Assembly: GCA_046160485.1 (NCBI GenBank)
Contig: JBJXGV010000001.1
Span: 1,479 to 65,478 of the forward strand
Source of the DNA: a bacterium
GTDB lineage: Bacteria; Orphanbacterota; Orphanbacteria; JBJXGV01
Direction of reading: 5' to 3'
DNA length: 64,000 bases
Position numbers and translations under genes: made by a program. The notes under the pieces were generated by a model. It worked only from the letters and a program-made list of their open reading frames with translations. It ran no database searches and was not told the origin of the DNA. Each line of letters opens with the position of its first letter. Within the stretch, counting starts at the first letter, position 1. This document shows, one piece after another, positions 38,820 to 47,575 of this stretch.

Positions 38820-39602
38820 TTAGTCGGCCGCCTCGGAGAAGCCGACGAAGAACCCGTAGTCGCCGTCGTTCCGGAAAACCGCCTCCGTCGAGAGATTGAA
38901 GTACGGGCCGACGCGATAATCGAAACCGGCGAGCGCGTACGGCGAAATCGACGAGCCGAACTCCTCGCGTTCATCCGCGACGATGCTCGGCGTTATGCCG
39001 GAGAGATCGGTCTGCACGCGATGCACGTTTCCCTCGACGCCGCGCATCGCGAGGCCGAAGTACGGTGCGAACAGCCGCGTGCTGAAGACAATCGCAGCGG
39101 TCGCCTGAAGTTCGCGCCACGAGTAGTCGGTCTCGAATCGTTCACGCAACACGGCGCTCGGGAAAACCAGGTCCATCTCACCGACGCCGCTCGAGAGCAG
39201 CATCAGTCCTTCGGCGGCGACGACGAGGCGCGGTGCGTTGGGGCCCGACGAAAACCTCATCGGCTCCATGCGCACGCCGCCGCCCCACGCGAAGCGCGGA
39301 TTCGTATTCAGCGCGACGCGGTTGCCCGCGATCTCGCCGATCACGTCGATATCGGCCGCGCCGGCGCGAAACGTCAGGTTCATTCGCGGCGCGAGCCTGT
39401 ACGTCGCCTTCGCCAGATAGCGATCCGACTCCGCGGCGTCGTTTCCGATCGGCGTCACGACGTGTTCCGTCTCGACGCCGATGACGAATCCGCCCTGGCT
39501 CGGCAGGCTCACGGGATTTCCGAAGGAGGCCGCCTCGGCTCCGCCGGCCACGCAGAGCGCCGCCATGATGGCCAGTGCGAACTGTTGGGTGGCTGTCTTC
39601 AT
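38820..39602 (-). CDS. Small outer-membrane beta-barrel protein (~260 aa), family unknown
   Basis: MKTATQQFALAIMAALCVAGGAEA signal peptide, alternating hydrophobic strands (ATYRLAPRMNLTFRAG, AWGGGVRMEP, VVAAEGLMLL, YALAGFDYRV) and an aromatic-rich C-terminal strand DYGFFVGF. Confidence 0.6.
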   Translation of the reverse strand: MKTATQQFALAIMAALCVAGGAEAASFGNPVSLPSQGGFVIGVETEHVVTPIGNDAAESDRYLAKATYRLAPRMNLTFRAGAADIDVIGEIAGNRVALNTNPRFAWGGGVRMEPMRFSSGPNAPRLVVAAEGLMLLSSGVGEMDLVFPSAVLRERFETDYSWRELQATAAIVFSTRLFAPYFGLAMRGVEGNVHRVQTDLSGITPSIVADEREEFGSSISPYALAGFDYRVGPYFNLSTEAVFRNDGDYGFFVGFSEAAD

Positions 39603-39624
39603 GATGGTCGTCCGCCTCCGTTTC

Positions 39625-42600
39625 TTAATCGATCGTTCCGCTGTAGATGAACGAAGCGTTCCCGTTTGCACTGTTCGTAACCGTGATCTTGATGAAGCAG
39701 TTGACCGGCGGCGCTGTGTCGCCCGGCGAACCGTCGTACGCGGTGACCGCGTAGTACGTCGCGCCCTGCGACTGCGTGTCGGGAAGCTGAACCGACGTGT
39801 CGCCGACGAACGTCGACGCGCCCGAGAATTCGAAGTTGATGAACGTCAGCTCGACGAGCGGATTGCCGCAGTCGTCGCCAACGTAGAAGATGATCGGCAC
39901 GGAGCCGCCATCCGGCACCGCGAACGTCGATGTTGCCGGATAGAGGACATCGATCTGCGTCGAGCCCGACATGAGAACCCGCGCCTCGGCTTCAATTGTT
40001 TGGTTGTACTCGTCCACGGTCCGCGCGGTCACGTAGGCGTAGCCGGTGTCCGCGCACGTCGGCGACGGCGCCGCCGTATAGAGCGTCGCGACCGCCTGGC
40101 CGACCGCATTCGTGATCGCCGATCCGGTAATGCCCCCTCGGTTCGTCGAGAACGAAACGACGGTTCCCGGCGGTACAGGATTCGAGTACTTGTCGAAGAT
40201 GAACGCCGTGATCCGGTCTTCGAGGCCGTAGCGCACGCGGCCCGCGATGTTGGCCTTCTGCATCGCCAGCGAGAAGTGCGCTTGATCCGGCGGCCCGCCG
40301 CTGACGACAACGGACGCAACCTCCGACGCAATCAGCGGGCTCGATCCGACCACCGCCGCACGCACCTTTGCGACGCCCGCGACGGTGCCGCTGTTGACGC
40401 TCGTGCGAGCGAGTCCGAGCGCGTCCGTCGTCACCGTAACCGGCGAGAGGTACGCGCCGCCGCCCGGCGACGACGTGAACTCGAAGAAGACTTCCACCGC
40501 GTTGTCTTGATTGACCGGCTGCCCGGTCGCGTCACGCACCTCGAACACGAGTTCCGAACTCGAATTCTGTCCGGTCCCCGTCACGCCGATCGAGGTGTAG
40601 GCGACAGATTCCAGCGCGATGCTCGCCGCCGGTCCGGGCTCCGATCCGCTCGTGAAGTTCTTGCACATCGTGACCGTGCCTCCCGACGTCTCCGCGGAGA
40701 GCCAGAAGTTCGGGAAGTCGTCGAGAATCGCGTACGGCGCTTTCAAACACGTGACCGCGACACCGTGCGCGATGCTCTGCGTACCGGGGCAGTCGGCGAG
40801 ATTGTGCGTGAACGCAAGACCGTCGATCGCGACGTCGGGCAATGGCTCGCCCGAGCCGCAACTATCGGCGGAGACCGCGAAGAAGACGGCCGTCGAGTCT
40901 TCAACCGTGTTGGAGTAACGGTCGACGACGGTCGCCGTCACGATGAAGCTGAAGAGCGCGCCGGAAAGCGGCGCGGAGACTTGCGAAATGTTGAGGCTGA
41001 TCGAGTCGGGCGGGCCCGCGCCGATGACGACGCGCGAGTTCGCCGAGAGAAGCGGCGGAACGCTCGCGGTCACCTCGATCGTTCCCGAGAGCACGCCGCT
41101 CGACAGAGCGATGCGCGCGGCGCCATCTTCGACGGGCACGCTGACGGGGCCGCCGCCGTTCGACGGCGCGCCGAGATACTCGCCGCCGCCAGGGCCTTCC
41201 GTAATCGTGAACACCACGTTGAATCCCGACTGGATCAGATCGCCGCGCTCGTTGAAGAGTTCCGCGGAGAGCGTCGTCGTTTCCGAGCCGCCCGTTTGCG
41301 CGACCTGAATCTTCGGCGACGCCGTGCGAATCAGAATCGACGATGGAATCTGCTCCGCGAGCGAAGTCATCGAGACTTCGATCGTGTCCCGCAGCGAACC
41401 GAAGGCCGCGATCACGACGGCCGTATCAGGCTCGGCGGACGAGGTCAGCATCGCGACCGCCTTCCCGTCGTCGCCCGTTTCGAGCACGCCCGTGATGACG
41501 CCCGCCGAAGTGGAGAACGAGACCTCTTTGCCGGCGACCGGATTGTTCGACGAGTTCAGCAAGATCGCGGTCACGGCCGTCTGGCTCGAGCCGTCGGATG
41601 GGATCGTGGTTGGGCTCGCGCCGAGGATGCGGAGCGTCAGCGGCGTGAACGCCGCGGCCACCGTGTCCGAGAGCGCGCCGAAAACAGTTCCAGTCACCGT
41701 CGCGCTCCCCGGCTCGACGCCCGCGAAGAGCGTCGCCACCGAGTAACCCGTCGCGTCGGTCGAGTCGGTACTCGAGATCGAACCGAGCGTCGTGCCGTAC
41801 GCCACGATCACCTGCGGCACGGTCACCTGGCTCGTCGTCTCCTTCACGAGCGTGCGCACGAAGGTCGAATCTTCGCCGTCCGCAACGAGGCTCGCTTCGT
41901 CGATCGTCATCTCCACGGAGATGCCGCGGAACGTCGCGAACGCGTCGCCGATGTCGATGAAGTCGCCCGCGACTTCCGAATTCGCGATCTTCGCCGTGAC
42001 GAGCGCTTCGACGTCGATGCGGCTTGCGATGCTTCGCAGCGTCGCCTCCGCCTTGCCGTTGTTCTGTGTAAACGCGGTCGGCGTGATGAAGCCCGCCGTC
42101 GATTCGAAGAAGACCGGAACGCCGATCCGCGGCTGGCCGAACTCGTCGAGCACCTGCGCCGTCATCGTCGTCGTCGACGCGCCGTCCGCGATCAGGCTCG
42201 AGACGCCGGCGATCAGTTCGCCCTGCCCGACCTGAATGACGACCTCTTTCTGGAATGAGCCGAGCGACGCGGTGATGCGCGCGGTTCCTTCAGTCGTACC
42301 GCTCACGAATGTCGTTCGCGCGAAACCCTGCGCGTCGGTCACCGCCATCGTATCGACCGAGCCGATATCGGTGCGGAAGACGACAGGAATGCCCGAGACC
42401 GGAGCGCCGTTCTCATCGATGATGAAGACCGTGACCATCGCTTCTTGGTCGCCCGCGTTGACGCGCTTCGGACTCGCCGTCAGCGAACCGATGAAGTTGA
42501 TCGGCACATCGCTCGGATTGAACGGATTGACGTTGCCCTTGTCGCTGCAGCCTGCCCACACGACGACTCCCGCTAGAAGCGAGACCGTCGCGGCGAGCGC

Positions 42601-42645
42601 GACCCAACGCGGAAAACCGTTTCGCGAACGAGCGGCTTGACTCAT
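39625..42645 (-). CDS. Large lipoprotein with about nine bacterial Ig-like (Big_1/invasin-type) repeats
   Basis: MSQAARSRNGFPRWVALAATVSLLAGVVVWAGCSDKG lipobox. The repeats have the pattern ...ADG.s...vtA.v.D..GnPv.g..V.F.t..G.i......Td..G.A...l.s, for example VTVFIIDENGAPVSGIPVVFRTDIGSV...VTDAQGFARTTF. Confidence 0.75.
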   Translation of the reverse strand: MSQAARSRNGFPRWVALAATVSLLAGVVVWAGCSDKGNVNPFNPSDVPINFIGSLTASPKRVNAGDQEAMVTVFIIDENGAPVSGIPVVFRTDIGSVDTMAVTDAQGFARTTFVSGTTEGTARITASLGSFQKEVVIQVGQGELIAGVSSLIADGASTTTMTAQVLDEFGQPRIGVPVFFESTAGFITPTAFTQNNGKAEATLRSIASRIDVEALVTAKIANSEVAGDFIDIGDAFATFRGISVEMTIDEASLVADGEDSTFVRTLVKETTSQVTVPQVIVAYGTTLGSISSTDSTDATGYSVATLFAGVEPGSATVTGTVFGALSDTVAAAFTPLTLRILGASPTTIPSDGSSQTAVTAILLNSSNNPVAGKEVSFSTSAGVITGVLETGDDGKAVAMLTSSAEPDTAVVIAAFGSLRDTIEVSMTSLAEQIPSSILIRTASPKIQVAQTGGSETTTLSAELFNERGDLIQSGFNVVFTITEGPGGGEYLGAPSNGGGPVSVPVEDGAARIALSSGVLSGTIEVTASVPPLLSANSRVVIGAGPPDSISLNISQVSAPLSGALFSFIVTATVVDRYSNTVEDSTAVFFAVSADSCGSGEPLPDVAIDGLAFTHNLADCPGTQSIAHGVAVTCLKAPYAILDDFPNFWLSAETSGGTVTMCKNFTSGSEPGPAASIALESVAYTSIGVTGTGQNSSSELVFEVRDATGQPVNQDNAVEVFFEFTSSPGGGAYLSPVTVTTDALGLARTSVNSGTVAGVAKVRAAVVGSSPLIASEVASVVVSGGPPDQAHFSLAMQKANIAGRVRYGLEDRITAFIFDKYSNPVPPGTVVSFSTNRGGITGSAITNAVGQAVATLYTAAPSPTCADTGYAYVTARTVDEYNQTIEAEARVLMSGSTQIDVLYPATSTFAVPDGGSVPIIFYVGDDCGNPLVELTFINFEFSGASTFVGDTSVQLPDTQSQGATYYAVTAYDGSPGDTAPPVNCFIKITVTNSANGNASFIYSGTID

Positions 42646-42692
42646 GTCATTCCCTTCCCGACTCATCGATCGAACCCTCATCGCCGCCCTCC

Positions 42693-44021
42693 CTATCTCG
42701 GCTCGCCAAGCGTCGCGGGAACGTCGTTCATTCCGACATCCATCCCCTCGACGATCTTCGGCGTCACGAAGATGAGAAGCTCGCGGCTCTCATGCGTCCG
42801 GTTGCTCGACTTAAAAAAGTTTCCCAAGAGAGGAATGTCGCGAAGCAGCGGCACACCGTCCTCGCGGCTTGCTTCGTTCGATCGGATGAGTCCACCGATC
42901 ACGGCCGTTTCGCCATCGTCCACGAGAACACGCGTCGAGGCCTCGCTCGTAACGATGATGATTCCGCCCTGCACCGTCGCCTGCGACGAGAGGTCGCTCA
43001 CTTCGGGCTTCAGATCGAGCGTGATCCGGTTGTTCGAGTTGATATGCGGCGTCACAGTCATCTGGATTCCGATCGTCGTCAGCTGCGTGATCGGGTTGCC
43101 CGCCGCGTCCGACACGATCAGCGGAATCTTCTTGCCGACGAGGATCCGCGCTTCCTGGTTGTCGAGGGTCGTGATCTTCGGATTCGAGATGATGTTGGCC
43201 TTGTTCTGACGCGCGAGTGCTTGCAGCGTCACGTCGAGGTTTCCGTTCGGGCCCATCGTCCCGAGATGGAACTCGCCGATCGGAGCCGACAGCGGCGCAT
43301 CGATCGTGACATCGCCGACCGCATCGATATCGTTCCGATTGAGACCGTTTGCCGTCCAGTTGACGCCGAGTTCGCGAGAGACCGTCGCGTCCACGTCCAC
43401 GAGGCGCGCCGTGATCTCCACCTGCTTCGTCTGCAAGTCGAGCGTCGCGAGCATCCCTTCGATGCCGCTGAGCACCGACGAGATGTCGCGGATCACGAGC
43501 GAGTTCGTGCTCGGATCGACTTCGATCTGTCCGCGGTTGGTCAGGCCCGACTTGAGCGCCTTCGACAACTCCGCCGCCTTCGCGTAGTTCAGGCGGAAGA
43601 TGCGCGTCTGGAGCGGAAGCAAATCCTCTTTCTTGCGCGCCGACGCCTCGCGTTCGAGCGATTCGGTCTGAAGATTCTTCACCGTCGTGACGCGAATCAC
43701 GTCACCGGTCGGCGACATCTCCCAGCCGTACCCGTTCGCCGAGAGAATGATATCGAGCGCGTCGCCCCACACGACATCCTTCAGGCGCACCGTCACGTCG
43801 CCCTTCACTTCGGGGCCCGCGACGATGTTGCGTCCGCCGTAGTCCGCGAGGCTGCGCAGCACCGAACGAATATCCGCGGATTGGACGTCGATCGAAATCT
43901 TGTCCCCCGCGAGCGTGATCTTCCCTTCCGTGGTCGAAAGCCCCCCTTGGCCCCAACCAGCGGCCGGCGCGAGCGCGATGAGCGCGGTCGCTAGAAGGAC
44001 CTTGAAATTCAGCCGGTCCAT
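42693..44021 (-). CDS. pilQ: Type IV pilus secretin PilQ
   Basis: Signal peptide, N0/N1 region (SADIRSVLRSLADYGGRNIV) and secretin core PKITTLDNQEARILVG...GETAVIGGL...VPLLRDIPLLGNFFK...ELLIFVTPKIV. Confidence 0.9.
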   Translation of the reverse strand: MDRLNFKVLLATALIALAPAAGWGQGGLSTTEGKITLAGDKISIDVQSADIRSVLRSLADYGGRNIVAGPEVKGDVTVRLKDVVWGDALDIILSANGYGWEMSPTGDVIRVTTVKNLQTESLEREASARKKEDLLPLQTRIFRLNYAKAAELSKALKSGLTNRGQIEVDPSTNSLVIRDISSVLSGIEGMLATLDLQTKQVEITARLVDVDATVSRELGVNWTANGLNRNDIDAVGDVTIDAPLSAPIGEFHLGTMGPNGNLDVTLQALARQNKANIISNPKITTLDNQEARILVGKKIPLIVSDAAGNPITQLTTIGIQMTVTPHINSNNRITLDLKPEVSDLSSQATVQGGIIIVTSEASTRVLVDDGETAVIGGLIRSNEASREDGVPLLRDIPLLGNFFKSSNRTHESRELLIFVTPKIVEGMDVGMNDVPATLGEPR

Positions 44022-44023
44022 GG

Positions 44024-45040
44024 TCAGTTCCCCTCCATGCGAGTGGGCTCGAGACGGAGCGTGAGCCGTTTGAACTCCCCGTGAATAACTTGGTCGATGA
44101 CGATGGCGTCTCTTGAGATCGACGACACACGCCCATACATGACTCGGTCGCCCTCGCGGACGACGTAGCCGCGGCGCTCGCGATCTTCGACGAGCGCGCA
44201 GATTCCGTTTGAGCCCCAGATGATTCCGACGAAGCGCATTCCGTCCGGGTCGATGATCGTGCCCGCGGCGCTACTCTGATCCGTGACCGTGACAAGCGCG
44301 AGAAACGGGTCGCGGCCATCGAACGCCGTATATCCTGGCCCCATCTCGCGGAGAATCGATTCGTCTTCGAATTCGAATGGGTCTGAGCTCTCCCAATCTT
44401 CGTCGCCATCTTCCGCGTAATCGTTCGCCGCATCGGCAGCGCCGAAGGCGTCCTCTTCCCGCGGCGTGCCCGCATCGTCCGCGCTCGGTGTCGTGCTCGG
44501 CATCGCACTCGGCGGCGCGAACTCTTCGCCCGTCGCCGGTGAGTCGTCGCGCTCGAGCGTGACGTTGTCGTCGCTCGAGGCCATCGCGACCTGCATCTCC
44601 TCCGATGCCTCCGATGTCGCGGGCTCGGTCTGCGCGCTGATCTCGGCGCCGGTGACGATCTCTGGAGGCGCCTGGCCTTCGCGCGCCGCAAGCGCCACGC
44701 TGCCGCCGTTCGCGTTGTTCGCCGCCTCGGTCGCCGCGTTGATCACGCTCATCGCCATTCCTGCTCCGGATGGGGCCATCGCGTCGTTGTCGGTGTCGCC
44801 GGCACTGCGCGCTTTCGCCGCCGCCAGCCGCGCCGAACGCTCCGCGCCGGCGTCCGCGGGCTGCGCGGTCTCCACCGAGTCGGAACGATTCGGGTACGCG
44901 ATAAAGCCGATGACGCCGTCGATTGCCTTCTGACCCGCCATGCCGAGCGAACTTCCCAAGAGCGACCCCGAACCGAGAAAAGCGACGGCCAAGAGCGCAA
45001 GCGTCGCCATGCAGGCGATCACCACCGTTTTACTCTTCAT
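44024..45040 (-). CDS. pilP: PilP-like pilus assembly protein with a long acidic low-complexity linker
   Basis: N-terminal anchor MKSKTVVIACMATLALLAVAF, C-terminal beta domain DPFLALV...MRFVGIIWGSNGICALVEDRERRGYVVREGDRV...GRVSSISRDAIVI, and its position between pilO and pilQ. Confidence 0.7.
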   Translation of the reverse strand: MKSKTVVIACMATLALLAVAFLGSGSLLGSSLGMAGQKAIDGVIGFIAYPNRSDSVETAQPADAGAERSARLAAAKARSAGDTDNDAMAPSGAGMAMSVINAATEAANNANGGSVALAAREGQAPPEIVTGAEISAQTEPATSEASEEMQVAMASSDDNVTLERDDSPATGEEFAPPSAMPSTTPSADDAGTPREEDAFGAADAANDYAEDGDEDWESSDPFEFEDESILREMGPGYTAFDGRDPFLALVTVTDQSSAAGTIIDPDGMRFVGIIWGSNGICALVEDRERRGYVVREGDRVMYGRVSSISRDAIVIDQVIHGEFKRLTLRLEPTRMEGN

Positions 45041-45761
45041 GCGGAGTACTCCTGCGAGCCTGGCTCTCGGCCGGCGCGCCCGACTTCGCGGCGGCTGCCT
45101 TGAGCTTGGCGCCTGTGTCGCCTTGGGCCTCGATCGCATCGACGTGATCCGATCCGAGCGAATAGGCCGTGATCGTCATCGCGCCGAGCACCGTCGTGGC
45201 GCTCTGCGTATCGCGATCGTCCCGGGAGTTGTTTTGGTCGACCGCGGCAAGATCGAGATTCGTGACGTTGACGATGCGCGTCATCCCCGCGAGCTCCGCG
45301 AGGAACGTACCGACGCTGTGGAATCCGCCCTCGATTTTCACCGCGACCGGATGCTCCGTGTAGAACGTGTTCGGCACCGGCTCGGTCGGCTCGAAGAGCG
45401 TGAAGACGATCCCCGCCTGCTGGCCGGCCACCGTCACCTTGCGCAGAAGGCTCGCCATCTCTTTTTGCGGCGGAAGAAGGTTCGTCGCGGCGCTCCACTT
45501 CACGTGAAGCTCCTCCATCTCCTGCTCGAGCCGCGGCAAGTTCGCCGCCGTCCGCTTCGCCTGCTCGACCTCCGCCGTCAGCTTCGCGACCTTCGCGCGC
45601 ATCTCCGCGATCTGCGCGGCACGCGGCGGGTAGAAGAACGGCAGAAAGTTCGTGAAGAAATAGAAGAAGGTCACCACGAGAAGCGCGGCGGAAATGATGA
45701 GCCCGCGCTGCAAGTTCGTGCTTGAGAGATCCAGCTTCGGAAGCCGCAATGTCATCTGCAT
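45030..45761 (-). CDS. pilO: Type IV pilus assembly protein PilO
   Basis: Single TM, a coiled coil (QIAEMRAKVAKLTAEVEQAKR...LPRLEQEMEEL), LLPPQKEMASLLRKV...VKIEGGFHSVGTFLAELAGMTRIVNV. Confidence 0.8.
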   Translation of the reverse strand: MQMTLRLPKLDLSSTNLQRGLIISAALLVVTFFYFFTNFLPFFYPPRAAQIAEMRAKVAKLTAEVEQAKRTAANLPRLEQEMEELHVKWSAATNLLPPQKEMASLLRKVTVAGQQAGIVFTLFEPTEPVPNTFYTEHPVAVKIEGGFHSVGTFLAELAGMTRIVNVTNLDLAAVDQNNSRDDRDTQSATTVLGAMTITAYSLGSDHVDAIEAQGDTGAKLKAAAAKSGAPAESQARRSTPHEE

Positions 45762-45775
45762 CGTCGTGTGTGTCC

Positions 45776-46375
45776 TTAGTATTGCGTCGCGTCGGGAGGA
45801 ATCGCCGCTGCGGTCGAGTCGACGGCCGCCTTCGTGAGAACCGCCGTCATTCGGAACTCGACGACGTCTCGTTCGCCGACCTCACCCTTCTTCGACACGC
45901 TCAGGTCAACGTTCTCGTAGAGATCGGAGCTTTCGAGCTTCGCCATGAAATCGGAGAGCGTCAGGTTCGAGAAGGTCCGTCCTTGGATCTCCGCGCTGGC
46001 GCCTTCGGATTCGACGAACTTCGTCAGCCACGCGTAGCGCGGCATGTTCGAGTTGAGATCTTCGAGGAGCCGCACGCGGAAGCTGCGCTCGACATCGAGA
46101 TCGGCGATGACGGCGATCTTCGCCTCGAGGTCGCGGCGTTCCTTCGCGATCTCGTTCACGCGCTGAATGAGCGGCTTGTACTTCGCGGCGAGCGTCTCGA
46201 GCGTTGCGGCTTCTTCCTGAATCGCGTTGAGCGAGTGGCTCTGCAGCGCGTGAGCGGAGAAGATCATGAACGCCGCGCAACCGATCGCGGCAACACCGGC
46301 GATCATCCAAATGCGATCTTTGGAGTCGTCTTGGCTTACGCGATCTTCGAGAGGAAGTAGGTTTATCCGAATCAC
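45776..46375 (-). CDS. pilN: Type IV pilus assembly protein PilN
   Basis: MIRINLLP is the conserved PilM-binding N-terminus, followed by a TM and a coiled coil. Confidence 0.85.
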   Translation of the reverse strand: MIRINLLPLEDRVSQDDSKDRIWMIAGVAAIGCAAFMIFSAHALQSHSLNAIQEEAATLETLAAKYKPLIQRVNEIAKERRDLEAKIAVIADLDVERSFRVRLLEDLNSNMPRYAWLTKFVESEGASAEIQGRTFSNLTLSDFMAKLESSDLYENVDLSVSKKGEVGERDVVEFRMTAVLTKAAVDSTAAAIPPDATQY

Positions 46376-46379
46376 GGGA

Positions 46380-47441
46380 TCACCTCGTCCGCAGTGCCAG
46401 GCCGACGGCGACCGTCAGCTGGGGCGCGAGCAGTTCGAGATCCTCTCCGGTGAACAGCCCGTCGGCGTAGGCGACGCGCGCGAGACAGTTGCCCACCTCG
46501 ACGGAAACCGCGTGCCGTTCGGCGAGCGCCGAAAGAAGACCAGGGATACGAGAGCTTCCGCCGGCGAGCACGATGCGATCGATCTTCTCCGCTTCGCCGG
46601 AAGACTTCAGGAACGAGACGGAACGTTCGACGCCGACCGCGAGGTCTTCGCAGATCGTCGCGACGATTTCGGCGAGTTCGGTCGAGTTTTCGGCGCCTTC
46701 CGCGGTGAGCGTCGCGAGCGCTTGCTCGCGATTGACGCTCAAGCGTTTCTGGATCTGCTCGGTGAACGTATTGCCGGCGATCCAGATGTCGCGCGTGAAG
46801 AGAGGAATGCCGTCGCGCACGATGTTGAGGTTCGTTACCGACGCGCCCACGTTCATGAGGAGGACCGTCTCGCCCTCTTGAGGCGTCGTGTTCGCTTCGT
46901 ACGCGTTCTGCACGGCGAACGCGTCGACGTCGACGATCCGCGGCATGAAGCCGGCGTCCTGAAGAAGCGCGACATGCGCGTCTACCATTTCGCGCTTCGC
47001 CGCGACGAGGAGAACTTCCATCTTGTCGGGCGACTTCGCATCGGTATCGCGAAGCACCTGATAGTCGAGATAGACGTCGTCGATTCCGAACGGGATATGA
47101 TGTTCGGCTTCGAGGTAAATCGCCTCGCTCGCTTCGTTCGGCGGCAGGCGATCGACGAGGATCTTCTTCACGATGACGGCGCGCCCCGAAACAGCGGTTG
47201 CCACATCCGTTCCCGCGATGCCTTTCGACTCCATGAGATCGCGAATCGTGTCGACGACGACCTCACGGTCCATCACCTCGCCATCGACGATCGCGTCGGT
47301 CAGAAGCTTCGCGATGCCGTAGTTCGTGAGGACGTGTTTGCCGCCGCGTTTCGTGATCTCAGCGACTTTCACCGAGTGGGAACCGATGTCGACTCCGATG
47401 GCAGTGCCGCCACCTTTGCCGAACAACCCGCCAAGCTTCAT
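46380..47441 (-). CDS. pilM: Type IV pilus assembly ATPase-fold protein PilM
   Basis: AIGVDIGSHSVKVAEI... is actin-like, with ...LAGGSSRIPGL. The ATG at 47441 has AAGGAG upstream. Confidence 0.88.
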   Translation of the reverse strand: MKLGGLFGKGGGTAIGVDIGSHSVKVAEITKRGGKHVLTNYGIAKLLTDAIVDGEVMDREVVVDTIRDLMESKGIAGTDVATAVSGRAVIVKKILVDRLPPNEASEAIYLEAEHHIPFGIDDVYLDYQVLRDTDAKSPDKMEVLLVAAKREMVDAHVALLQDAGFMPRIVDVDAFAVQNAYEANTTPQEGETVLLMNVGASVTNLNIVRDGIPLFTRDIWIAGNTFTEQIQKRLSVNREQALATLTAEGAENSTELAEIVATICEDLAVGVERSVSFLKSSGEAEKIDRIVLAGGSSRIPGLLSALAERHAVSVEVGNCLARVAYADGLFTGEDLELLAPQLTVAVGLALRTR

Positions 47442-47575
47442 AGAGGCTCCTTCCACACGAGAGGGTCTGCCGATCAGGCCCCACCCGACCTGTATCGACA
47501 GACCCTTCGATGAGCTTGAGCACGATTCTGGAGGGCTTCCGGCCTAAGCGCCGCGCGGTCGCCTCCCGCTGGCGG

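Noticed and set aside
39481-42258. A 925-aa plus-strand ORF opposite the Ig-repeat lipoprotein. Similar long antisense ORFs occur at 85-1362, 3932-6049, 6766-8751, 8580-10709, 47510-49810, 53092-54945 and 54711-56699.
   Set aside because: All are extremely Arg/Asp/Ala/Gly-rich with no recognisable motifs. Each lies entirely opposite a gene with clear family signatures. Stop-poor antisense frames are expected at this G+C content.
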